Positions 53,576 through 64,000 of a DNA stretch of 64,000 bases are shown piece after piece. Within the stretch, counting starts at the first letter, position 1, and every line of letters begins with the position of its first letter. The stretch is from Octopus vulgaris (taxonomy: Eukaryota). The stretch covers positions 46,624,001 through 46,688,000 of the forward strand of contig OX597818.1 of NCBI GenBank assembly GCA_951406725.2, given 5' to 3'. The notes below the pieces were generated by a model. The model saw nothing but the letters and a program-made list of their open reading frames with translations, had not been told where the DNA came from and ran no database searches. Made by a program: the position numbers and the translations under genes.

Positions 53576-53945
53576 GTATTATTAGGAGCACTCCGTCGGT
53601 TGCGACGATGAGGGTCCCAGCTGATACGATCAACGGAACAGCTTGCTCGTGATATTAACGTGCAAGTGGCTGAGCACTCCACAGACACGTGTACCCTTAG
53701 CGTGACACAGATTGTGACAAGGCCGGCCCTTTGAAATACAGGTACAACAGAAACAGGAAGTAAGAGTGAGAGAAAGTTGTGGTGAAAGAGTACAGCAGGG
53801 TTCACCACCATCCCCTGCCGGAGCCTCGTGGAGCTTTTAGGTGTTTTCGCTCAATAAACACTCACAACGCCCGGTCTGGGAATCGAAACCGCGATCATCC
53901 GACCGCGAGTCCGCTGCCCTAACCACTGGGCCATTGCGCCTCCAC
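53576..53945 (-). mobile_element. Chimeric SINE: family C head plus family D tail
   Basis: 13-bp TSD CGTTATCTGTATA (53563-53575, 53946-53958). 53587-53744 matches 59978-60156 apart from an internal deletion. Confidence 0.88.
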
Positions 53946-54344
53946 CGTTATCTGTATAACAATATACGGCTATAATTGTCTGCTGATATCTGTGTGCGTT
54001 TATAAATGTATGCATGTGTGTATGTATAAAACGAATAGACCGTGTGTAATCAGTACGCAACAATATGTAACTGCGTTTGAGTGTATATGTGCGTATGTCG
54101 TTATCTGTGTATGTCTGTGTAACAATAGGGGATTATGCAATTGTCAGCGTGGCTTAGCGGTTAGAGTATTCGGATTACGATCGTGAGCTCGAAAACCAGC
54201 GGCACGTTGTCACACGGTACTCCTCCAGTCCACTCAGCTGGCAAAAGTGGGTCGTACCTGTAATTCACAAGGGCCAGCCTTGTGTTGAATAAAATCATAA
54301 TTAACTGTTCCTCCTGCGTTTTCTTTTACACAAAGCCAGGAACT

Positions 54345-54437
<93 letters not shown>

Positions 54438-54443
<6 letters not shown>

Positions 54444-54839
54444 ATGAAAGAATGGAGTCGAACGACGATTTAACAAAATTCCTTTATTCTCGACACATGT
54501 TTCGAAGACTGCATATCTCTAATTCCGAAGGAATAAAGGGTGCATTATGCCGTCTTCTCATCAGGAAAGCCAAGGAACTTATGTCAGCATCATGACGAAC
54601 AAAAACTTTAGATGACTGCCCACACGGAGTCCATAGTGATAATGGACTCCGTGTGGGCAGTCATCTAAAAGTTTTTGTTTGTCATGATGCTGACATAAGT
54701 TCCTTGTCTTTCATTATGAGAAGACGGCATAATGCACCCTTTATTCCTTCGGAATTAAGAATATGCAGTCTTCGAAACATGTGTCGAGAATAAAGGAATT
54801 TTGTTAAATCGTCGTTCGACTCCATTCTTTCATTTATCT
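54438..54839. repeat. About 400-bp near-perfect palindrome (inverted Penelope-like pseudo-LTRs)
   Basis: Arms 54438-54634 and 54642-54839, 7-nt loop, about 8 differences by eye. Embedded between (TA)n(GA)n and a downstream (TA)n. Confidence 0.92.
54488..54568 (-). ncRNA. Type I hammerhead ribozyme, canonical core
   Basis: Minus strand TTTC-CTGATGA-GAAGAC...GTCTTC-GAAAC-ATGT-GTC-GAGA. Perfect 6-bp stem II extended by GCATA/TATGC, palindromic ACATGT in stem III, GUC triplet, 4-bp stem I. Confidence 0.82.
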
Positions 54840-55209
54840 ATAGTAAAAAAACACAAATTTCCACACGAAAGCACGTGATTTCTGCCCTTGGCATGTAGCT
54901 TCAACCGTTCTTTCTGACGTAAATTTGCGACCCGGGTATCGGTTAACCGAATTATCCATACTAAGATAATTCATTCAACTACTTAAACATATATATATAT
55001 ATATATAATGCTTCCGGAATTATTAAAATAAAATACCAGTAAAGTACTGGTCTTGACGGTATTGACTAACATTTCTCCGTCCCATACTGGTTCCGTCAGG
55101 TTTAATTTAGAAAAAAAAACATCTGAGTGTAGCATTTTCACCGTCTCAGATGTAGGTCACACCATTTTTTGGTAAGGGATGGCCTTCTGGTAGTTTACAA
55201 AATCATTGA

Positions 55210-55765
55210 TATTGGTTTCAAATTTTAGCACAAGGCCAGCCAGTTCAGCGGAGGGGCTAAGTCGATTACATCGACCCCAATGTTCGACTGATACTAATTT
55301 TATCGACCTTTACCCCCAAAAGATGAAAGGCAAAAATGGCCTCTGCGGAATTTGAACTCAGAACGTAAAGACGGACGAAATGTGCTAAGCATTTTGCCCG
55401 ATGTGCAAACGATCTTGCCACCTTAACGAAATCACTAAAGAGTGGCTGTGTAGTAAGTAGCTTGCTTACTAACCACATGGTCCCGGGTTCAGTCCCACTG
55501 CGTGGCACCTTGGGCAGGTGACTTATACTATAGCCTCAGGCCGACTAAAGCCTTGTAAGTGGATTTGGTAGATGGAAACTGAAAGAAGGCCGTCGTATAT
55601 ATATGTTTGTGCGTCCTTGTCCCACCACCATCGCTTGACAACCGATGTTGACTTGTTTACGTCCCCGTAACTTTGCGGTTCAGCAAACGTGACTGTTAGA
55701 ATAAGTCCTGGGGTCGACTAAAGATGGTGCTCCAGCATGGCCGCAGTCAAATGACAAACAAATAA
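55210..55765. mobile_element. Head-to-head family A (55210-55425 minus) and family B (55439-55765 plus) SINEs
   Basis: Match to the in-window consensus of each family. Confidence 0.8.
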
Positions 55766-56089
55766 AAAATATCTGAAGTATTTTGACAGCCCATACTAGC
55801 GACCAGTGGACGGAAACTGTTTGGAGATCTCGACGACTACTACTTTGGTTTGCCATTGAACAAATTATAGGAACACTACAAAGGCAAATTTTCTTAGTGA
55901 TCACAAAGGAATTGATGTCCAGTCTCATGAAATTTGAAAGTAGTTTAACCACTCAGGCTGTATAACCAATCAAAGCAATAACAAACGCAAAAAGCGATAA
56001 ACATTATGAATTATCTTTTCTTAGAGTTTATTCAAGCATAAAATATCTTATAGTATACTGTGTCCCTGATACCATAGTCATTGCCTCGG

Positions 56090-56580
56090 TGCTTTTAAAG
56101 ACTGTAGCCATGTCTCCATTGAATATTTCTCAGGTCTCTCTTCATTGAAGTAGTGCACGGTTGCGAGTCGATGATGTTTTTGTGGTAGAAGTTATCGAAG
56201 CTCGTGGTGTCATCGGCGTGAGCGTTGTGAGGTTAGGTAAAAATATCGTTTATGAGGAGAGGAAAGTATGGAACGTGCAACTGAGCTTGAGGTTTTGTTT
56301 GGAGGGAAGCAGCTGTTTTCATGAATTTCATGTTTACTAAGTAGACACAGAGCGAGGAAGTGGGTGGAATACAAACAATGATCGTTTCCGTTTCAATTTA
56401 ATACGTTAGAAATTAAGCGAAGGCTGGTGCAGTCAGGGAAATTGGTCTTCACGGAAAATTGTTACATGTTATATAGAAAGTTTAAAGTTTTTGATAAACT
56501 AAAAATCTGGACGACTTGTCTGTACATTGTGAAAGGTTGATAGAACTATCGATTGAATCGTCTGCCTCGTTGAATTGAAA
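56090..56580 (-). mobile_element. Very old CR1-like RT core remnant
   Basis: Minus-strand KPQAQLHVPYFPLLINDIF and AHADDTT...KRDLRNIQW resemble GVPQGS-x-L-x-P-x-LF...INDL and YADDT...DL-x-x-I-x-x-W. Confidence 0.5.
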
Positions 56581-58765
56581 AAAAGTACTATGCGAAGTAG
56601 GTGGTGGGTATTTTATTAAGCCTTTTTATTAAAGTGAAACAAATACAAAAATATTTTAAGTGAAAAAAATTACGTGTCTTAAAATAAATTTTTCGCTTTT
56701 AAACAGAGTCGAATATGTTAGTGCAAATTACTCATTCCTATGAAATAAAATGCGAAGAGTAAATTCATTGAATTAGCAAGTTATGCTTCGTTTAAAAAGT
56801 TAAATATCTGACATTCAATAATTAGCCAACAATAAATTTGAGTAGAAAGCTTTACATTTTAGTTTCCTTTTCGACTGTTGAGTTTTTTTAAGCTATACTG
56901 TATATATGAAATATTATGCATTCACCTTGTATACGGAACCACGAGATGAAAAGTAAACACAAATAACAAATAGAAGTTTTGAAAGATATAATCTGATACG
57001 AACTTTCAAACTGAAGTTTTCTCCAGAGTTGCAATATTAACATTGCTGGAAGAAATCCAACATGGAGTCTTGGTTTGTAGTTTGTTTTGTTCGACTTAAC
57101 AGATAAAATAACATGAAAAGTATCTTGTGATTGGCTTTCACTTGAAACGTTCAGGGATTTTTTTTCTCTTACGAATTAGCTTTTTATTGGAAGGAAGACC
57201 AGTTTTATTCTCTGAATTTATAAGAAGTTAATTAATTTTGAACGTGTATATAATTAATGATAAAAAGTATGCGACTGCAAATATAGCGGTTAGAGAATAA
57301 CAGGAAATAACGGTTTCCAAATCAAGCCATGTAATTCGGTAATGGTTTTTAACTAAAAACTTGGAATAATTTCCTATAAATGAAAACTATTAAAAATGTT
57401 AGACCGGAAGATATGAAAATAGCAATTAATAAAATTTTTAGTCGTAGTAACAACCCGTCTATCATATTTATCATCATTGTTAAAACTGTATGTATGCAAA
57501 TACCAGAAATTCCAAGGTGAAATAGCTTCGGATTCAGTGACAAAACAGTTTTTTCTAACCTCCCTTTCAGATGAAAAGTGAGAAAACGAGATATTCCTTT
57601 TATGATTTGCAAGCATCAACTGGGCCATATTCCAGAGTGGACGATTTCATTCGAAACAGTTATTTTTTTTTTCTTTTAACATAAAAAATAAACAACGAAT
57701 AGGTAGCATAGATCACAACTAAGGTTCAATTTCTAGTTGAAACCATTAACATTTTTCTTTCTTTTTTTTTTTTTTTACTTAGGGTGTGTGCCCTAGCATG
57801 GCTTCAGCCTCTGGGTAAAAACCAGTAAAAGTAAACATGTTACAGTCCGCAATCCGGTTTCAGTTCCTAGTTTGAATATAAAAGTTAATGAATTCGGTGT
57901 TGTAAATAAATGAAGCACCGCTCGAAAGTTATCTGATTTTAATTACTTCTCTCAAAACCATACATTTCTAAGACAGAACGAAATTACCTCCATTTCACTA
58001 CTTCCTTAAATTAGTAACATTAAGGCAGAGAATCGAGTCCTGTTTTCGTACTCAGCTTGCTGGAAAATGTTACGTCTTACTCTGTACTTTGTTTATTATC
58101 TTTAAGTCCCTACTCTTAATATTAGGCATCACAACTTTTATTCAGGAAACAATATTCATTGCATTCTCAATATTATTGTTTGCACTTAGACATACATCTT
58201 GGTGAAACCGTATATCATAAACTAGGAAGACGAAAATAATATTCTGAAAAGCCATCTGTGAAATTTTCCATTATGTATAAACTTTATATTGGTGTCTGAC
58301 TTTCTTTTGTAATTTTGTTCGTGAAGTTTTACATGTATAAAGACAGTAGACAAAAGCCTGCCTACATATGGCAAGAGATGAAGGTTTATGACTGTGACTT
58401 CGAAATGCTCAGAAGCCACATTCCCATTTACAGACTTGATTCGGTTGATATCTCATTAATTGGGCTTCTGGTTACATGATACAAACAACTAACTAGCAGA
58501 GCAAATAAATATATAAATAAATGTTATTATGCAATGCTGACATCAGAACGCGAACCTATGAACCAAGTATGTAAGTATATCCACTCGGTCTATGATAAAA
58601 AAAATATCTCAAGTGTTATTGACACTTTGTCTTTCATTTCGTATTTTGTGCAATTTAAATTGGTTAACAGGTTTAATATATAATGGTTCGCTACTTTATT
58701 CATTAAGATTCCATTGAAAATAGGCAAAGTTCTTACAGTAAGCAAGTCAATTAGGAGAATTATTC

Positions 58766-58940
58766 AGAAACGTTAGCATGCCGGGCGAAATGCTTAGCGG
58801 TATTTCGTCTGCCGTTACGTTGTGAGTTCAAATTCCGCCGAGGTCGACTTTGCCTTTCATCCTTTCGGGGTCGATAAATTAAGTACCAGTTAATCGACTT
58901 AATCCCTATGTCTGTCTTTGTTTGTCCTCTCTATGTTTAG
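58766..58940 (+). mobile_element. SINE family A
   Basis: Match to the A head, core and tail. Confidence 0.8.
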
Positions 58941-59927
58941 CCCCTTGTGGGCAATAAAAAACAAAATTAGGAGAATTATTACAGCGTCGGACAAAATACA
59001 TTGACGTACTTAGTTACGACCCTTTACATTCTGAGTTCAAATCCTACCGAGGTCAACTTGACTTTCATCCTTCAGGGTCGGTAAAATATAGTGGCAGTCA
59101 AGTACAGGAGCTGATTTATGATGCATCATAGTCGTAGTTTCAATTACAATTGTTTAATCCTCAGCTTTAGTTAATGCATTTTATGAATAAATATTTTTTT
59201 CCCCTTAACCATAGCAATCGTCGATATTCAAAACTATGTTACCCTATAAAGGTGAGAGAGTAATATAGCTTCACGTAGCTAAATAAATAAACGCTTAAAA
59301 TTCTTGAGCATACGGGTCAGAGGAAATGTGAAAGGGGAGAGAGAGTTAAAAGGAAAGGTGAAAACAGGAGGAGGTCTGCTAAAGAACATAGAAACCAAAT
59401 GACTTCACATACCGAGAATGATGTTTACAGTTGTTTAGTAAGTTAATATGTGAGGAGCTTGTAGTAAAACGAATAGAAAGTGCGCCTGTAACTTGAGATT
59501 TGGCTTCTTAATAGGAGTAGGGTATATAGCAAAGACGTTATAGATATATTACTATAGCCATGATATTATCACCGTTCGGTAACGTGTTATAACTATAATG
59601 TTAGCACTATACCATTGTATAGTGTATAGTGCTATAGCAAAAGTATTATAGCCGTAATAAAGATCCAACTTGATAATACATACAGCGCTTGTGGTAATTA
59701 TCATACTTCTTGCGTAGTAAAATAAAGTCTGATTTTGTGCAATGTAAGGTTTCTGAAGTACTCTTGATTTTTTTTTCTGTCGTGGGTGTTGCTATAATGC
59801 TTTTGAGAAGAGTTGTTCAGTTCTACTTTGGATTACTCATATAGCATCTAGATTTCTAATGCGAATACAAACTATTATTCAACTGGGAAGCAGTTTAGGT
59901 TTCTCCTGTTGCTTAAAACATAACAGC

Positions 59928-59977
<50 letters not shown>

Positions 59978-59980
<3 letters not shown>

Positions 59981-60292
59981 ACTCCGTCGGTTGCGACGAC
60001 GAGGGTCCCAGCTGATACGATCAACGGAACAGCTTGCTCGTGAAATTAACGTACAAGTGGCTGAGCAATCCACAAACACGTGTACCCTTAACGTAGTTCT
60101 CGGGGAGAGTCAGCGTGACACAGAGTGTGACAAGGCTGGCCCTTTGAAATACAGGTACTACTCATTTTTGCCAGCTGAGTGGACTGGAGCAACATGAAAT
60201 AAAGTGTCTTGCTCAAGGACACAACGCGCCGCCGGGAATTGAACTCACGACGTTACGATCATGAGCCGAATGCCCCTAACCACTCAGCCACG
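59978..60292 (-). mobile_element. tRNA/CORE-type SINE family D
   Basis: Minus strand GTGGCTGAGTGGTTAG...GAGTTCAATTCCC (A and B boxes), then the CORE-like TTGTGTCCTTGAGCAAGACACTTT. A degenerate copy lies at about 54148-54285. Confidence 0.85.
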
Positions 60293-60827
60293 GCTGTACT
60301 ATATTTGTATTATACTGTAATGTTGTTACATTTTATCAAATTGATATAAAGCCACATCACTTTTGTTATGTCCAGCCCTCCAGATCCCGGACTGAACCCT
60401 ATGTCCAGTTCTTTCATCCCCCTAGACATCGGCCCCTCTGGAATCTTCTTCCGGTTCATGTCGTTCCTGTTAGTGTCAACTGACAACAATTTAACCGAAA
60501 CATTAACAGCTTCGATCACACCAGTTTCGGAGTACCCGCAAATATCAAGGGGACTGACTATCCCTTCTTTCAGAACCAGCAAGTAAATACAAAACCTTGC
60601 AAGAGTCGTTATCGACTGCTGAAACAGCATCTAGTTACCCCAGTTCATTCTCGCCTTTCAAATTATAGGCGAGATTTATGTTCCATTACTAAGAAAATCT
60701 TCACAGATTTTGTGGAATTTTACCTAATGGTTCTGTAAGCAGTACACTTGCAGATAAAGATATCACATTTGCTGTCAGTTTCGCTTCACATAAGTAAGCT
60801 TGTCCTACATTTTCCTTTACGACCTTT

Positions 60828-60860
<33 letters not shown>

Positions 60861-61064
60861 TTCTCTCTATCTCTCTATCTATCTCTCCCTGCGAGTGTAG
60901 TACTACTCTGGTCGCTTCAATCATACAAGACGCTTAGTCATGTGGTGATGTTTCCTATCTCCCGCTGAGTGTATTTCTGAGCTCCTAACCGCAACACTTA
61001 CGAATCTCTTTCTCTCTCTCTCCCTTTCTCTCTCTCTCTCCTCTCTCCCTTTCTCTCTCTCACC

Positions 61065-61134
<70 letters not shown>

Positions 61135-61154
61135 TTGTTTGTTCTGCAACATAG

Positions 61155-61219
<65 letters not shown>

Positions 61220-61996
61220 AATAAATGTTTTTATATATAAAGAACGTGAAATACAGGAAGGGACGAACACAGACAAATCATTCGAAGCCTTCAATCTTCA
61301 GTCAGACACCGAATCATCATAGCAAATTTCGGCTGTTCAATTCTGATATTTGCTCCAACTCGGCCAGCCCCAAGAAAAAAACTAAGCTGTAAGCATTAGA
61401 TTTCTTGGTAGAAGACAGGAATGTGAACGCACGAGACGGATGTAAATACAAGAGACGAAAACGAAATTGAAAACAGTAATGGATAAACAAAATATAACGA
61501 TGGTTGTCTTACGACTTTAGACCAAATATATATATGGACTCCATCCTCATGAAGGAGACTCTGGAGTTTGCCAATGTCTGTTTCCATTACCGGCTACGTC
61601 AACTACATCTGCCAACATTATGAAGCAACTCCGAGCCCTCAGAAATAGCTGTCGGACTTGTAACGCCTTCTCCCTTCTAATTCTTTGAATGTATGTAATC
61701 TGGGTAAGTCTTCTCTATAAGAAATATATATATATGTTCTTACCTGATTGATTACCATCTGAAAATTTTGAGTCTGCCTTCTCTTTTTACATGTATACAT
61801 GCATATATATTTTGTACACTAAAACTCAAAATTTTATCTGTTTGTTTGAATCACTGTCTCACTATTTGCTCGCTTGGATTCCTCTTACAGCCATGCCTTA
61901 CGCTATTGACTTGGTCCTCGGTGAAGATATCGGAGTTTAAGTTCAAATCATTTCAGAGCTAGTGTTTTCTTTATTGAGATTCTCTCGACCTCATCT

Positions 61997-62048
<52 letters not shown>

Positions 62049-62072
62049 TCTCTCTCCATATATATATATATA

Positions 62073-62738
62073 CTAGCTGAATTACCTGGCGTTGCCTGGG
62101 TTACTGCCGTTCTTATTCCGATTACTAAACTATAAATATGAAGATATATTTTTTCTCATAATTATTTCAAAATATCTAAATCTTATTTTTAAAAATCCAA
62201 ATTGTAATGATAATAGAACTTAGAACTGAAAATCTGTCAATCTTGAAGCACCCCAGGTTAAATAAAATTCATTGTGTAATTTTTTTGTTGGTGTCCAAAA
62301 GAATAGATTGTTGCTACTTCCAGCTCGTGAGCAACCAACATAGAGTTGGCCGTGGGAGAAGCGTGTAGTAGAGAGATGAAGTCCAACTACCTTGAGGAGT
62401 TGACCCTTAGATTTGTTAATTGAAATACCAAAACTTAGTTTGGCTGGAAACTGAAGCCTCTTAAATTCAAATGGAACATCTGTAGGTATGAGAGGAAATT
62501 TTGGAACAAAGACATTTTCTTCTTTGTGACTACTTGTTATGACTGTTGCTTGTAGGACATGAGGCTTCATGGAAGTAATAATTAAGCGAGTTTCATTACA
62601 CAGGCGAGGTGTGTCAAGATTCGTAAGCATCACAATGGAAGCATCCAGCTTTAGTGTAAAGTTCTGCGGCGGCATCCCAGTGGGTTTTAATATTTTCAGA
62701 AACTCAACCGGGTATTGAAGCCAGTATAGCTCTTTCAC
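62073..62738 (-). mobile_element. 3' end of an autonomous-derived Helitron (PIF1-like helicase C-terminus and terminal hairpin)
   Basis: ORF 62220-62738: EFLKILKPTGMPP...NLDTPRLCNETRL...FKRLQFP...INKSKGQ...FSHGQLYVGCSR. Terminus CCCAGGCAACGCCAGG...GCTAG|T at 62100-62073. Confidence 0.9.
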
Positions 62739-64000
62739 AGTTGGAGCCAGTATAGCGCTCAGATAGCCAGTTTATATCAGTGTGATTGACAATCACACAT
62801 ACACTTACACACACATACGATGTCACATACACTCTCACATACACTCACATACATATACTAAGACAGACACACACAGATATACATTTACGTAACAACACAC
62901 AAAAAAACACACACTCACAGAGACACTCATATACAACATGAGTCGTCGTCGTCGTATAAAATGTCCTTTACAACAGTTGACTATAGAAAGATATTCTAGA
63001 TAAAATGTTATATTGTTTGAATCCAAATGAAAAGAAAAGTTACACGTTGACACTCGTGGAGTCTAATACTATAACCTGCAAAGTTTCCAGAAATGTGCAA
63101 CCACTTAAACTCTGATAAACTCTCATGATAACAACACACCGATGACGTAAAAGAAAAAGAAAACATCGCGAGTACTAGGTTTCATCTTAAGGACCAGAAA
63201 ATATTTTAGCAATGAAGGGTTGCTGACCCTCACAGAAAAACAGGTGTGGCCTACATCTGGGACAGTGCAGATGCTACATACACACACCGTTTAAAAATAG
63301 CCGGCCAAATGATTAGCAATCTTTTACTCGCCAAATACACTGTAACTACTACCTCACCTTCAACAAAAACTACTACTACTACTACCACCACCAGCATCAC
63401 TACAATTACCACCACCACCACCACCACTATTACCATCACTACCACTGCACAGTTCCTACTTCTCTGTACTGGCAAGCTGTGTACCACCTCATCTAGGTTT
63501 ACCCCCCCCAGGCACCCGCCGCTCCTCATCTGAATTTTATGTTCGAAATACATAACAAACATCTCGTACAATCCTTCCGCCATAAACACTCCAGATCGCA
63601 ACCATCTGGAATACTTTCCCTCCGAGCAATCAATCTACTGAAATTTGAGTTAAACATCAATCTCAAAAGGTCTGTAAAATGTTCTACAAAACTTACAGAG
63701 TTTATGAACCCTTAATGAATAGCTGTTATGACGAGTCAAACATATATTTTCTTGTCTCCCTTTTTCCTTGTGTGTGTGTTTGTCTGTGGAGTATATTATT
63801 TATCATCAATTATCACAAAATGATATCAATTTTAGAGGAAACTACATTCATGTGGTATAGTATATGTGAGTATCTATGAGTATCTGTGTTATTCAACACC
63901 GCTACAGCTGTATGTATCATGTATAGAGTATATAAACACAATGTATATATACTGTTTATGAGCGATCTGGCCTGGATCATTTTTCTGTTTTTTCTAAATG

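Noticed and set aside
55783-55965. Possible host exon after TTTTGACAG
   Set aside because: Short frames with no recognisable domain and no partner exons.
61505-61555. Minus-strand ATGAGGA-TGG-AGTCCA...TGGTCT-AAAG-TCGTA hammerhead-like relic
   Set aside because: Both conserved boxes are altered; too degenerate to call without a family consensus.
63460-63680. Possible CR1 3'-end relic next to an (ACC/ACT)n tract
   Set aside because: Similarity is only impressionistic, and the overlapping ORFs are low-complexity Thr/Val runs.

Overview
AT-rich, microsatellite-laden eukaryotic intergenic or intronic DNA. It is most likely from a coleoid cephalopod (Octopus-like), inferred from the tRNA-derived SINE families and the repeat landscape. 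No host protein-coding exon could be supported; most listed ORFs are microsatellite read-through or SINE artefacts. The window holds dozens of copies of at least four tRNA-derived SINE families (called A-D here), 5'-truncated LINE ends (R4/Dong-type and another RLE-type, CR1-like, RTE), decayed mariner, Tc1/maT and pogo transposons, Helitron pieces and foldback/MITE elements. Three observations stand out. (1) Seven dispersed hammerhead-ribozyme-like motifs of unrelated sequence, two with fully canonical cores (30200-30310 and 54488-54568, both minus strand). They sit in Penelope-like LTR fragments and palindromes, mostly in or beside microsatellites, and one is physically linked to a GIY-YIG remnant and a 72-bp direct repeat. 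(2) An 11.7-15.4 kb interleaved inverted-repeat complex: two inverted non-autonomous Helitrons, plus an element bounded by two inverted Helitron-5'-like arms that carries a piggyBac transposase fragment and a 116-bp tandem array. (3) Modular SINEs that swap 3' tails and also move as fixed-junction dimers. All family assignments come from motif recognition by eye; no database search or folding program was run.
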